A DNA stretch of 64,000 nt from Lachnospiraceae bacterium (GCA_051878875.1 JBJEKY010000034.1:714-64713), one strand, 5' to 3'; positions 31,534 to 42,128 are shown, numbered from the stretch's first letter. Notes: generated by a model not told the origin, from the letters alone. A program made the numbers and translations.

Positions 31534-34118
31534 TCTGCCTCTTTCGTTTTGTCGTCTTCTTCAGTAATCCTTGTCCATATGGTTTTATAGCTTCTATATT
31601 CCTCCAGGATTTTTGGCAGCTCCCGTATAATGGAATCCACATCTTTCTCCCTGCCATACTGCTCTAACGAGAAAAATCCCGCTGAAAGATGCGTGGCACC
31701 GATGATTTTGGATGCACTTTTTAATCCGTGTACATGGATCGTAAACTCTTCAATCCACCGCTTATCCAGATATTCTTCAGCCTTCCCGGATTCTTCATCG
31801 ATCATGTTGCAATAATCCTTCAATACCTCCATATAGAGTTCTTCACTTCCGCAGTTTTTGATGCCCTCTTCCATATCCAACTCCGGTATGTCACACTTCT
31901 TTCGTTCCTCCGCCTGCTTCTGCTCTCCTTCGGCGTCCCTGATCATTTCTTTTGGCAGCCAACGTTTCAACACTCTACTCATTTCAGAAAGTTCAATAGG
32001 CTTTGCTACGAAATCATTCATTCCGGCATCCAGAAGTTCCTGTTTTGCCCCCTGCACAGCATTAGCAGTCAACGCAATGACAGGAACCTGTTTGTAATAT
32101 ACTTCTTCCCTGCTACGGATCTGTCTTGTTGCCTCTGCACCATCCATTCCCGGCATCATATGATCCATGAACACGATCTGGTAGGTCTTTCTTTCCATTC
32201 GTTCAAAGGCTGCCTGGGCACTATCCGCAGTATCAATATCCATTTGCAGTGGTTCCAGCAGCCCTCTGGCTACCTTCCGGTTCAATTCGTTATCGTCTAC
32301 CACAAGTATGGAGGCATCAGGTGCCGTAAACTCGATCCTGTCTTCTTTTCCGGAAACAATCTGTCTTATATAGGAAGGCGAAAACGGTACCTCTTTCATA
32401 TTAAAGAACGGACGATCCAGACACACAATAACCCTGCCTTCTCCATCCAGAAACGCGGATGACTCCTCTACTGTTTTTTGCGGAATGGAAAAAGAAAAAC
32501 TGCTGCCCCTTCCGTAAACACTGTCCACTTCCATGATTCCGCCCATAAGTTCCACCAGGTTCTTGGAAATGGAAAGTCCTAATCCGGTGCCTTCTTTGTT
32601 CCGGTTTTTCTTCACATCCACCTGTTGGAAAGAAGAAAACAACCGTTTTAAATCTTCCTCTTTGATCCCCTGTCCGGAATCCTTTACTTCAACCCTGAGT
32701 GCAATCTCATGGTCTGCGGTTTTCGTTCCGCTTACCTTAATCCTGACAAATCCTTCGTCCGTAAATTTAATGGCATTATTGGCAAGATTAATGATGATCT
32801 GCCGGATTTTTATGGCATCACCATATAGAATAGCCGGTAAATCCCGCTGCACGTCATAGATCAGATCCACCGGTTTACTTCCGATCCTGGTCAGTAGAAT
32901 AGATGAAATATCATTAAGCAGTTCCAGCGGTTGGTAATTCTCTTCAACCAGCTCCATTTTCCCTGCTTCGATCTTAGATATGTCTAAAATATCGTTAATA
33001 ATGGAAAGCAACGAATTTCCTGCACTTTTAATATTTAAAACATATTGTCTGTCCTGCTCGCTTAAGTCACTTCTGGACAGGATCTCCGCCATTCCCACAA
33101 TGGCATTCATGGGGGTGCGGATCTCATGGGACATGGTAGACAGGAAATTGGATTTTGCCCGATTCGCATCTTCAGCAATGCCCGCATGATATACCTTATA
33201 TGCCACATGGGCGATCATATAAAACAAAATGATCAACAACAGGATGGTAAATGTGAAGATCACTACGATCCTGATGATTCCCCAGGAGATCATATTCTTC
33301 TTCTCAGAAACCATCACAACCCAGTCGGTATCCTGAACGGGTGTGGTTGCAACAAAATAGTGCCTGCTTTCCAATGCATAGGCCCGTGAGAATTCCTTGT
33401 CCGACAACTTTCTGTCATCTAAGAGTTGACGGATCACATCTTCTCCCACAACATCATAGATTGTCTTGCCCTCTCTTACCAGGGAAAGATCCTTGCAGGC
33501 AACATACTCCCCCTTTGAATTCAGGATCACGATTTCTTCACTTCCGCTGTATCGCCGTATCAGATTATAGACTTCTTCCAATCCGGTTACCCCGCAAAGA
33601 AATCCCACACGTTCGCCGCCCCTATAAATAGGCACACACAGTGTAATGGTATCCATATCATACACTTCGTCGTAAAAAGGTTCTGTAATATATGTAACAT
33701 GCTCCATCAGATTCGTGAAGAATTCTTCCTCTTTCTGCTGCCTGATCACGCCTTCTTCAAAATAGTAGCCATTTCCTTCAAGATCCACCACAAACAGATG
33801 ATGGAATCCCGCCTGATCATCTTTTCCGTTTAGGTAAGCTTTCTGCTCTTTAAAGTCCATACCGGAGATTTCCGGCACAGATGCAATATAAGACAAAACC
33901 TCCAGCTTGATACCCAGAACCCGGTTCACCTCAGATGCGGCCGCCATGGAACTTTTCAGAACCTTTTCTTTGGCTTCTTCTTTGATGGTATTATACGCAG
34001 AAATGCAGCCCCAAATGGAAAAGGCAAAGAAGGTTAATACCATCAATACCATTCCCAACATCAGGACTGCATCCAATTTTTTCATTTTTATACTAACTTT
34101 GTCCGAATGCCGTTCCAT
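31530..34118 (-). CDS. Hybrid sensor histidine kinase (Cache-like sensor, HisKA, HATPase, REC, Hpt)
   Basis: MSHEIRTPMNAI, NLANNAIKFT, DSGQGI, GTGLGL, LVVDDN, FMDHMMP, HGLKSASKIIGA. Confidence 0.93.
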   Translation of the reverse strand: MERHSDKVSIKMKKLDAVLMLGMVLMVLTFFAFSIWGCISAYNTIKEEAKEKVLKSSMAAASEVNRVLGIKLEVLSYIASVPEISGMDFKEQKAYLNGKDDQAGFHHLFVVDLEGNGYYFEEGVIRQQKEEEFFTNLMEHVTYITEPFYDEVYDMDTITLCVPIYRGGERVGFLCGVTGLEEVYNLIRRYSGSEEIVILNSKGEYVACKDLSLVREGKTIYDVVGEDVIRQLLDDRKLSDKEFSRAYALESRHYFVATTPVQDTDWVVMVSEKKNMISWGIIRIVVIFTFTILLLIILFYMIAHVAYKVYHAGIAEDANRAKSNFLSTMSHEIRTPMNAIVGMAEILSRSDLSEQDRQYVLNIKSAGNSLLSIINDILDISKIEAGKMELVEENYQPLELLNDISSILLTRIGSKPVDLIYDVQRDLPAILYGDAIKIRQIIINLANNAIKFTDEGFVRIKVSGTKTADHEIALRVEVKDSGQGIKEEDLKRLFSSFQQVDVKKNRNKEGTGLGLSISKNLVELMGGIMEVDSVYGRGSSFSFSIPQKTVEESSAFLDGEGRVIVCLDRPFFNMKEVPFSPSYIRQIVSGKEDRIEFTAPDASILVVDDNELNRKVARGLLEPLQMDIDTADSAQAAFERMERKTYQIVFMDHMMPGMDGAEATRQIRSREEVYYKQVPVIALTANAVQGAKQELLDAGMNDFVAKPIELSEMSRVLKRWLPKEMIRDAEGEQKQAEERKKCDIPELDMEEGIKNCGSEELYMEVLKDYCNMIDEESGKAEEYLDKRWIEEFTIHVHGLKSASKIIGATHLSAGFFSLEQYGREKDVDSIIRELPKILEEYRSYKTIWTRITEEDDKTKEAE

Positions 34119-34199
34119 TCTTCTCTCCCCTTTAGTAATCTATTACTATATTACATGAAACGAAGGGATATGAAAAGCATTTTTACAAATTAAATCGTT

Positions 34200-35186
34200 C
34201 TACAGCATGGTTGCACGCAACTCTTCGCCACTCTTTGCACTTAAATATGCCGGTGCGATATCAAATACGGTCTTGCATCCGGTCTGTCCTTCTTTCACCA
34301 GGTGATGTGCCGCTCTTGCATAAGCAACCAGAACACCGGTGGTAAATTCAGGATTAGAATCCAGTTTCAAACTATATTCGATCACGTGCTTATTCTCTTT
34401 TTCCCAGCCGGTAACTCCGCTGCGAAGTACAAATCCACCATGAGGGATTCCGCTATGGTTTGCTTTTAATTCTTCTTCGCTGATAAAGTGTACCGTGGTA
34501 TCATACTCGTCAAAATAATTTGGCATGGTCTTGATCTCGTGCTCAACTTTTGCCGCATCGGCTCCATCTTCCAGAACCACGAAACATTCTCTAGTATGTT
34601 TCTGTCTGGTGGTCAGCTCCACACCGCTTCCTGAACGGGCTGCTTCCAACGCGCTTTCAACCGGGATGGTATACTGTTTGGCATCTTTAACGCCTTCAAT
34701 ACGACGGATCGCATCGGAATGTCCCTGACTGACACCTTTACCCCAGAAGGTATAATCCTTTCCTTCCGGAAGGATTGCATTGGCATACAGACGATTTAAG
34801 GAAAACATACCCGGATCCCAGCCTACGGACATGATTGCCAGATGGTTATTCTCTTTTGCCACCTTATCCACATCAGCATAATGCTCCGGGATTTTTGCAT
34901 GTGTATCAAAACTGTCAACCACATTGAAATCTTTAACATAATAAGGTGTCTGCTTTGGAAGATCTGTTGCACTTCCTCCACACAGGATCATGACATCGAT
35001 CTTATCTTTCCACTGGGAAGCCTCCGATGCATCTATCACCGGAACACCCTGTGTAAGGATTTTTACTGTTGCGGGATCTCTTCTTGTAAAAACTGCAACA
35101 AGCTCCATGTCATCGTTCTGACGGATGGCACACTCTACACCACGACCAAGGTTTCCATAACCCATAATACCGATTCTAGTATTCAT
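34200..35186 (-). CDS. ddh: meso-diaminopimelate D-dehydrogenase
   Basis: GYGNLG, CGGSATDL, DSFDTH, GWDPG, TFWGKGVSQGHSDA, HGG, SNPEFT. Start at ATG 35186 (RBS AAAGGAG). Confidence 0.95.
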   Translation of the reverse strand: MNTRIGIMGYGNLGRGVECAIRQNDDMELVAVFTRRDPATVKILTQGVPVIDASEASQWKDKIDVMILCGGSATDLPKQTPYYVKDFNVVDSFDTHAKIPEHYADVDKVAKENNHLAIMSVGWDPGMFSLNRLYANAILPEGKDYTFWGKGVSQGHSDAIRRIEGVKDAKQYTIPVESALEAARSGSGVELTTRQKHTRECFVVLEDGADAAKVEHEIKTMPNYFDEYDTTVHFISEEELKANHSGIPHGGFVLRSGVTGWEKENKHVIEYSLKLDSNPEFTTGVLVAYARAAHHLVKEGQTGCKTVFDIAPAYLSAKSGEELRATML

Positions 35187-35307
35187 ATTGACATCTCCTT
35201 TTTTACCCAAAAATCCTTCTCGAACGATATTTTATCATTTTAAGGATTCCTGCACAAGTTTTTTGTGCCTAAATAGGGCTATTCGAAGCAAAAATACATG
35301 AAATTAC

Positions 35308-35772
35308 CTATTGGCCATCCAGAGAAACATCCGTCAGCACGTCCTTCACATAAGTTAATTTCAGGGAGAAAAATGGATGTTCTTCCTTTAACAGGCGGAA
35401 AAAGATCTTATCTCCTTCCCAGATCGGAAGTTTTTCCAGTTCCTCTTTGTCTATCCAGACCAGGTCTCCCTCGTCACACTCCTTAAGTTCCCCCGAGAAA
35501 TCATCTCCGGTATACAGAAACGTATATTCGTCTGTATCATCGATCACAAACGTAATGATTCCCCGAAGTCTTAAGTTCCCTGCCTTCAGACCGGATTCCT
35601 CCAGGATCTCCCGTCGGACACATTCTTCCGGAGATTCTCCGTGTTCCAGATGCCCCCCAAGTCCAATATATTTATCCTTGTTGATATCCTGTTCCTTTTT
35701 TGTCCGGTGCATCAAAAGATACTTGCCATCCTGCTCCAGGTAACATAAGGTTGTGACTTCCTGTTTTCTCAT
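35308..35772 (-). CDS. NUDIX hydrolase (8-oxo-dGTP diphosphatase-like)
   Basis: Nudix box GGHLEHGESPEECVRREILEESGL; ECDEGDLVW, WEGD. Confidence 0.9.
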   Translation of the reverse strand: MRKQEVTTLCYLEQDGKYLLMHRTKKEQDINKDKYIGLGGHLEHGESPEECVRREILEESGLKAGNLRLRGIITFVIDDTDEYTFLYTGDDFSGELKECDEGDLVWIDKEELEKLPIWEGDKIFFRLLKEEHPFFSLKLTYVKDVLTDVSLDGQ

Positions 35773-35781
35773 ACTGTCTCC

Positions 35782-37857
35782 TTAGAATCCAAATAAATTT
35801 AATAACTTCTGCCAGAAACCAAGGGGCTCACTATCAGTTTCCACAGTCTCTTCCACTTCCGGAACATCAATGCTCTCTGTCTGGATCACAAACTGTACGC
35901 TGCGCACATTGGTGTTCTGTTCCGAAACAAAGGACACAACATCCACATTTTCGCCGGTAATGGAAGCAAGGGCATCATCGATCTCTTCGTCCACCTGGGT
36001 GTCCATATCAGATGTTTTGTCCGAAAACTCCTGTGTGCCATCTTTTAATTCTCCGGCTCCGTCCTTTAGCTCTCCTGCTCCATCCTTTAAGGTTCCTACA
36101 GCCAGATCCAGTTCCCCTACAGCTTCGTTAAACTTATCGGTATTTTTGTACAGAGACTTTAATCCACCGGTTAATTCTTTTGCTCCTTTTGCCGCTAAGC
36201 TGACACCTTCTGTATACTCTACCAGTCCTTCATAAAAAGCACCATAGTTATCCAGCTGTCCCTTTAATTCAGAAATCTGCTTTGCTGCTGTTCCTGCCGG
36301 TTTTACGGCTTCATTGATCTGTGCGGTTACTTCTTCACTGGCCATCATCTGATCAATATAACCTTCCCGGATCATTTTTTTCTCATCTTCTGTCATAGTC
36401 TGCAGCGCGCCCTGTAAAATCTGCTGAACCTGTTCCTCTGTCAAGGATTCCTGCGCCTGGGTGAGCACTGCTTCCTTCTGCTCCTTAGTCATAACAGATA
36501 CCGCATTGTTTACAAGGATCTGTCCTTCTTCTGTCGTAAGGTAATACTCTGCCTGCTGGCGGTTTAATCCCTGGCTCTCCATAAGCTGGGCGATCACTGC
36601 TTCCGATGCCACCTGAAGATACAAGCTGTCTGCCTGTGATTCGATATAGGCTCTTACAATCTCATTTTCATGCTGCTTAACATAGCCCTGATATAAGGTA
36701 TCTGCCTGCGCTTCCACCTGTTTTTCCACTTCCGCTCTGGCTGCATCATAGGCCTGTTGATAGATCTTATCCGCATCCAGCTGTTTTAAAAGATCCATTA
36801 ATACCCGGGAATAGGTTTTCGGGGTCAGGCTCACTTTATCCATCCCATAAGCAGAAAGCTGCTGGTTTAACTGGGTTTCGGCTGCCGAACACAAGGCTTC
36901 ATAGGCAGACCAGGCTGCTGTTGTCAACTGGCTGTTCTTAGATACCAAAGTAGCCAGACCCGTATTTAAGCTTACTGCTCCGGTATAAAGCTTTTTCGCA
37001 CCTTTCTTTAACTCCGTGGACGCATCCTGTAATTGGCCGGTGGCATCCTTCAATTCCCCACATCCATCCTGCAATTCTTCACATCCGTCATACAATTCTT
37101 GTGCACCATCGTTAAGTTTTCCGGTGGCATCTATGATCTCATCGATCTTATCCTGAATGGACGCATCATCAAAGTCAATGTCCATGCTCATTTTCACACC
37201 ATTGATGGCAATGGCATCCATTTCAAATTCCGTTACATCTGCGGTAATAGTAATACCTTTTTCATTATCCGGCATAATGGTATAGGTCAGCTGCTTATCA
37301 CTTCCTACATTCGCAATGGTTGCACCCTCTGCCACAATGTTTTTTGCCTTTTCAGAATCCAGGGTGAAAACAGCCATCAACGCATATCCCTCAAAAAAAG
37401 AGCTGTTGCACTCCGGATTCTTGCGAATGGACATGGAAATCTCAAGCTTACCGCTTTTTCCTCCAATATCCCCTGCATCATATTCATTGCCGTTTAAATA
37501 ATAGCGGACGGAAATATCCCAGGGAATATCCTGTTTTCCCATGCTCCCTTCGTAATATAATTTTTCCACATCAGTAGATCCGGTGATACGTCCGTTCTCA
37601 GCGATCAGTTCGTCTGTGGTAGTCATGTTACGGATGCTGTCATAGGTTCCGTTATCTACGATCCTGCCGTCAGAACCCGGATAAAGGATGTTCACCACAT
37701 TCACTTCCTTTACACTTCCTGCTGTGTCCAGATTAACATAAACGACTTCTTCTTTCGAAGTACTTCCTTCTGCTGCAACGACATTTCCGGCAGGGATCTG
37801 CAGGATCAGGATGAGTGCCAACATCGCAGCGGTTAATTTCTTTATTTTTCCTCGCAT
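35782..37857 (-). CDS. Secreted/anchored X-X-X-Leu-X-X-Gly heptad-repeat protein (MMPL partner)
   Basis: Signal peptide, KEEVVYVNLD, heptads (LNDGAQELYDGCEELQDG; LKDGAGELKDGAGELKDG), C-terminal VQFVIQT...FWQKLLNLF. Confidence 0.8.
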   Translation of the reverse strand: MRGKIKKLTAAMLALILILQIPAGNVVAAEGSTSKEEVVYVNLDTAGSVKEVNVVNILYPGSDGRIVDNGTYDSIRNMTTTDELIAENGRITGSTDVEKLYYEGSMGKQDIPWDISVRYYLNGNEYDAGDIGGKSGKLEISMSIRKNPECNSSFFEGYALMAVFTLDSEKAKNIVAEGATIANVGSDKQLTYTIMPDNEKGITITADVTEFEMDAIAINGVKMSMDIDFDDASIQDKIDEIIDATGKLNDGAQELYDGCEELQDGCGELKDATGQLQDASTELKKGAKKLYTGAVSLNTGLATLVSKNSQLTTAAWSAYEALCSAAETQLNQQLSAYGMDKVSLTPKTYSRVLMDLLKQLDADKIYQQAYDAARAEVEKQVEAQADTLYQGYVKQHENEIVRAYIESQADSLYLQVASEAVIAQLMESQGLNRQQAEYYLTTEEGQILVNNAVSVMTKEQKEAVLTQAQESLTEEQVQQILQGALQTMTEDEKKMIREGYIDQMMASEEVTAQINEAVKPAGTAAKQISELKGQLDNYGAFYEGLVEYTEGVSLAAKGAKELTGGLKSLYKNTDKFNEAVGELDLAVGTLKDGAGELKDGAGELKDGTQEFSDKTSDMDTQVDEEIDDALASITGENVDVVSFVSEQNTNVRSVQFVIQTESIDVPEVEETVETDSEPLGFWQKLLNLFGF

Positions 37858-39917
37858 ACAAGTTCCTCCTTTATATTTCCGCTCTTTTTCTTACGGACTA
37901 CCAAACGGTCCAGGATCATTAACATTCCCGGAAGGATCAAAAGTACAATGGTCAGAGAGAAAATCGCTCCTCGTCCGATAAATGTTCCTAACTGGGACAG
38001 CAATTTGTTGGTGGAAAAATGTCCCAGCAAAAGTCCCACCGCAGTCAAGACACTTCCCGATGTCAGAATCGATGTGGTGACATCGGAAATCGTCTGTACC
38101 ACCGCATCCCGCTTTTCCAAAGTTTCTCTGTTCTCTTTGTAGCGGTCCGTCATCAAAATAGCATAATCCACAGTTGCTCCCAACTGTACACTGCTGATGA
38201 TAAGATAGGCAATGTAATAGATCTTTTTATCCAGGAAATACGGTACCGACAGGTTCAGCCAGATGGCTGTTTCGATACTCAACACCAGGATCACCGGCAC
38301 GCTTAAAGACCGCATAGTCAAAAGCAAAACCAGGAACACCGCTCCGATAGCCAGCAGATTGACCTTCAGCATATCAGCGGTGACCGTTTCCATCAGATCA
38401 TAGGTGCTGACACCTTCTCCTGCCAGATAGGTACCTTCCGGATAATACTCTGACGCGATCTTCCGGATCTCTTCTACCAGTGCAAAAGTCTTCTCTCCCT
38501 CATAATCAGCATCCACTGAAATCACGAAACGACTGTAATCATCAGATCTTAATTTTGCCAAAGTATCTGCATCCAGATACTCTGTGGGAATCTGCGCTCC
38601 TACTGTATCTACATAGGAAATGATCCCCGAAACCTCCGGGAGTTCATGCAGAGCCTCCGACAGAGCCTCCTCTGTGGGGGTATCCCCCTGGGGAACCATT
38701 AACACATAGGTATCGCTTTTTCCGAAAACTCCTTCGATCGCGTTTTTATCCCTTCCGTAACTGGTACCTTCCCCATATATGTTGGAAGAACCAAAGTAAT
38801 AAGCATTTGAATTGGATGCCAGATAAGAGGGTACAATAAGCAGCAGGAACAAACATCCCATGGGAATGGCAATCTTTCTTACCACTTTGCCAAATCCCAC
38901 AAACTTCGGCATAAAGGATCTGTGCCTTGTTTTATCCAGCCATTTATAAGTCATCAGGATCAGGGACGGCATAAAGATAAATACCGTAATAAGACTGATG
39001 GCAATACCTTTTGCCAACGCAAGCCCCAGATCCGGACCCAATTTAAACCTCATAAGAACCAGCGCCAGAAATCCGATCACGGTAGTTAGTCCGCTGGATA
39101 AAATGGAGGACGTGGATTTGCACAGAGCATTCACCATAGCCTGTGTCACATTTTCCTCTTCCTGTCTGCACTCCTCAAACCGGTGGATCAGGAATACGGA
39201 ATAATCCAGAGAAACCGCCAGCTGCAAAATACTTCCTGCGGCATTGGTAACAAAAGAGATTTCTCCGAAAATGAGATTGGTACCGCTGTTGACCACAATG
39301 GCCACACCCAATCCTACCAAAATGATAAGGGGCTCCACATATGAATTGGTAGTCAAAAGTAATATAAAGATCACGAACAGCACCGCGATCACGGTGATCT
39401 TTCGGATCTCTTTCACTGTATTCACCGTAGCATATGCGTTAGAAACCGCACTTCCGGTCATGGAATTATCATTCCCTATAAGTTTCCTTATCGCGGACAC
39501 TGCATGGATCCGATGCTCTTCTTCTATGGTTACGGAATACAGAGCAGCTCCGTCTTTATAATAGTTTTCCACGGTATCGGTGTCTGACATGGATATAGGG
39601 ACAGTAATATCCACCGCATCATCCAGCCAGGTCACTTCCGTCACGCCCTCGATCTTCTCCATTTCTTCTTTATAATCCAAAGCCTCCGGAATACTCACAT
39701 CCCGGATCATGACTCTGGCATTGGGGATTCCTCCCTCAAATTCCTCTTCCATTTTGTTTAAAGACACTGTTGACCTGGTGTCTTCCGGAAGATAATCATT
39801 CATGTCGTAATTTACAGAAACCAGTTTCTGTAAAAACAGGCAGGCAATAAAACACAATCCGAAAAACGTCAGTACGGTTTTCTTGTATTTCACCACTACC
39901 GAATAAAACCTTTCCAT
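37842..39917 (-). CDS. MMPL/RND family transporter
   Basis: Two RND halves: LQLAVSLDYSVFL and VQLGATVDYAIL; VNYDMNDYLP. Confidence 0.9.
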   Translation of the reverse strand: MERFYSVVVKYKKTVLTFFGLCFIACLFLQKLVSVNYDMNDYLPEDTRSTVSLNKMEEEFEGGIPNARVMIRDVSIPEALDYKEEMEKIEGVTEVTWLDDAVDITVPISMSDTDTVENYYKDGAALYSVTIEEEHRIHAVSAIRKLIGNDNSMTGSAVSNAYATVNTVKEIRKITVIAVLFVIFILLLTTNSYVEPLIILVGLGVAIVVNSGTNLIFGEISFVTNAAGSILQLAVSLDYSVFLIHRFEECRQEEENVTQAMVNALCKSTSSILSSGLTTVIGFLALVLMRFKLGPDLGLALAKGIAISLITVFIFMPSLILMTYKWLDKTRHRSFMPKFVGFGKVVRKIAIPMGCLFLLLIVPSYLASNSNAYYFGSSNIYGEGTSYGRDKNAIEGVFGKSDTYVLMVPQGDTPTEEALSEALHELPEVSGIISYVDTVGAQIPTEYLDADTLAKLRSDDYSRFVISVDADYEGEKTFALVEEIRKIASEYYPEGTYLAGEGVSTYDLMETVTADMLKVNLLAIGAVFLVLLLTMRSLSVPVILVLSIETAIWLNLSVPYFLDKKIYYIAYLIISSVQLGATVDYAILMTDRYKENRETLEKRDAVVQTISDVTTSILTSGSVLTAVGLLLGHFSTNKLLSQLGTFIGRGAIFSLTIVLLILPGMLMILDRLVVRKKKSGNIKEELVCEEK

Positions 39918-39928
39918 GCTTTTCCTCC

Positions 39929-40225
39929 TTACTCCTTCTTTATTTCTATACCGGTTATCTCAAAATCGCTCCGCTCTCCCCGGAGTCTTAACCGGATCCC
40001 ATGATCCGTCAAACACCCCACAGCTGTATAATGAATGGTCCTCATCAATGTTATAAGCTGTCCACAGATCAGGCAGTTTCCTTTACTGTCAACCGTTCCC
40101 ACAAAAGGTTCGGAGTGTTCCAACAAAGATAAGATCCCCCGGACCTTTCCATCTGCAATGTTTAATTCCATGGTTCCGTGCTTTAATCCAACCGGAGTGC
40201 TCATTGTAACATTATAAATCCTCAT
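39929..40225 (-). CDS. Small hypothetical protein, first gene of the MMPL operon
   Basis: 98 aa, MSTPVGLKHGTM..., 11 bp upstream of the MMPL gene. Confidence 0.65.
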   Translation of the reverse strand: MRIYNVTMSTPVGLKHGTMELNIADGKVRGILSLLEHSEPFVGTVDSKGNCLICGQLITLMRTIHYTAVGCLTDHGIRLRLRGERSDFEITGIEIKKE

Positions 40226-40349
40226 TTCGTCACCCTTGCTTTTCTTTCTTCATCCTTATGCTGCCACCTTTCTCTTGGAAATCCGTTACAGTATAATTCC
40301 GAAATTCGGAAAGTTAAATGGTCAAATACTCTTCGTTTGTGTAAAATAC

Positions 40350-40405
40350 GGACAGATTCCTTATTTTGATGGTCAAATGTCCGGCAAATCCATGGACAAA
40401 TGTCC
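40350..40405. promoter_or_regulatory. Candidate TetR operators (GGACA-N2-TGTCC)
   Basis: GGACAAATGTCC (40394-40405), GGTCAAATGTCC (40371-40382) and the weaker GGACAGATTCC (40350-40360) in the divergent tetR/MMPL intergenic region. Confidence 0.55.
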
Positions 40406-40472
40406 CATATTAACCATTGTAAAATCAAAAATCTATTGTAAAATGAATCTATGAAACATTCGGAGGTCCAAC

Positions 40473-41045
40473 ATGAAACACGAGATCACATCCAGAAATA
40501 CCAAAAATGCACTTGCCCAATCCCTGAAAAATGTCATGCACCAGAAGGATTTTTCCAAGATCAGCGTCAGTGAGATCATTGCTGATTGCGGTGTCAACCG
40601 GAAAACCTTCTACTATCATTTCGAAGATAAATATGCTCTGTTGAAATGGATGCTGGAAAACGAAGCCATTGAAGTGGTAAAGCATTTTGATCTTGTGGTG
40701 GATTATGAAGAAGCGCTGCAGTTTATCATGAATTATATAGACCAGAATAGCTATTTTATCAGTTGTGCCTATGATTCTATCGGCAGAGATGAAATGAAAC
40801 GATTTTTCTGCAAAGACTTTACGGAACTGGTTTCTTCCATCATCCGCAGTGCTGAAAAAGAAACGGAAACCTCTCTGCCTGAAGAATATCGTAATTTTCT
40901 ATGTACCTTTTATACGGAAGCATTGGCCGGGATTTTAGTAGAATGGATCAAGGATCCTCAAAAACAGGATCGGGAACAGTTTATTGCTTACCTTGTTAAA
41001 ACAATGAAAGACTCCCTGTTGGGACTTTTGGACCGGACACATTAA
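40473..41045 (+). CDS. TetR/AcrR family regulator
   Basis: KISVSEIIADCGVNRKTFYYHFEDKYALL helix-turn-helix. Confidence 0.93.
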   Translation: MKHEITSRNTKNALAQSLKNVMHQKDFSKISVSEIIADCGVNRKTFYYHFEDKYALLKWMLENEAIEVVKHFDLVVDYEEALQFIMNYIDQNSYFISCAYDSIGRDEMKRFFCKDFTELVSSIIRSAEKETETSLPEEYRNFLCTFYTEALAGILVEWIKDPQKQDREQFIAYLVKTMKDSLLGLLDRTH

Positions 41046-41078
41046 AAATCCGCGGGACAAACAATCTCCCGCGGATTT
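41044..41078. terminator. Terminator between convergent tetR and aro operon
   Basis: AAATCCGCGGGA-N9-TCCCGCGGATTT. Confidence 0.8.
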
Positions 41079-41099
41079 AATAGGATCTGATTTCTTTTT

Positions 41100-42128
41100 T
41101 TACAGCAGTTCTGCCATCTCCAGGATCATCCGTTCTGTCTTTTCCCATCCTAAGCAGGCGTCTGTTATGGATTTGCCGTAGATGCCCTCTCCGATCTTCT
41201 GGGCACCGTCCTCAATATAGCTTTCCACCATAAACCCTTTTAACAGCTTACGGATTCCATCATTGTGCCGGGCGGAATGGATCACCTCTTTGATGATCCT
41301 CGGTTGTTCAAAAGGATCTTTTCCGGAATTGGCATGGTTTGCATCCACGACCAGAGCCGGATTGACCAGATTTTCCTTTTCGTAACAATCACATAATCTT
41401 ACCAGATCCTCGTAATGATAATTCGGTCTGGAATTGCCATGTTTGTTGGTATAGCCCCGTAAAATCGCATGGGCATAAGGATTTCCTGTAGTTTGTACTT
41501 CCCAGCCCCGGTACGCAAAAGCATGTCCGCTCTGAGCCGCCAAAATGGCATTGAGCATTACGGAATATTCACCGCTGGTTGGATTTTTCATTCCAACCGG
41601 AATATCGATTCCACTGGCCACCATACGGTGCTGCTGGTCTTCCACCGATCTTGCGCCCACTGCCACATAAGCTAACAGGTCATCTAAATAGGAATGATTC
41701 TCCGGATACAGGGCTTCGTCTGCACAGGCAAATCCTGTTTCTCTTACTGCCCGCAGATGGATATGGCGGGTTGCCAGGATTCCTTTGTAAAGATCCGGTT
41801 TGCTTTCAGGGTCCGGCTGATGAAGCATTCCCTTATAACCGTTACAGGTTGTTCTGGGTTTGTTGGTATAGATTCTGGGTACGATCAGGATCTTATCTTT
41901 CACTTTTTCCTGTACCGGACACAGGCGGGAAATATAATCGATGACGCTGTCCTCATGATCCGCAGAACAGGGTCCGATGATCAGTAACAGCTTATCGCTT
42001 TTTCCTTCAAACACATCAAAGATTTCTCTTCTTCTATCTTCTACCACCTTGCCCATTGCAGGTGTCAACGGCGCAGCCTCTTTTACTTCTGCAGGCTTAG
42101 CCAGTTTTCTTTCAAATACCATATTCAT
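41100..42128 (-). CDS. 3-deoxy-7-phosphoheptulonate (DAHP) synthase, class I-alpha
   Basis: IIGPCSAD, KPRTT, GARS, PVGMKNPTSG, DANHANSGK, KSITDACLGW. Confidence 0.93.
   Translation of the reverse strand: MNMVFERKLAKPAEVKEAAPLTPAMGKVVEDRRREIFDVFEGKSDKLLLIIGPCSADHEDSVIDYISRLCPVQEKVKDKILIVPRIYTNKPRTTCNGYKGMLHQPDPESKPDLYKGILATRHIHLRAVRETGFACADEALYPENHSYLDDLLAYVAVGARSVEDQQHRMVASGIDIPVGMKNPTSGEYSVMLNAILAAQSGHAFAYRGWEVQTTGNPYAHAILRGYTNKHGNSRPNYHYEDLVRLCDCYEKENLVNPALVVDANHANSGKDPFEQPRIIKEVIHSARHNDGIRKLLKGFMVESYIEDGAQKIGEGIYGKSITDACLGWEKTERMILEMAELL

Noticed and set aside
31728-32462. Long antisense ORFs (e.g. 31728-32462, 49985-50614, 17281-17793, 13926-14420)
   Set aside because: They lie wholly opposite well-supported genes and have no motifs or RBS; typical antisense artefacts.
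36040-37120. 21-bp periodicity in the heptad-repeat gene
   Set aside because: Explained by the XXXLXXG protein heptads; not an independent DNA array.
40222-40685. Small ORFs in and opposite the tetR/MMPL intergenic region (40222-40428, 40236-40454, 40449-40685)
   Set aside because: They overlap promoter/operator DNA or are antisense to tetR, with no coding hallmarks.
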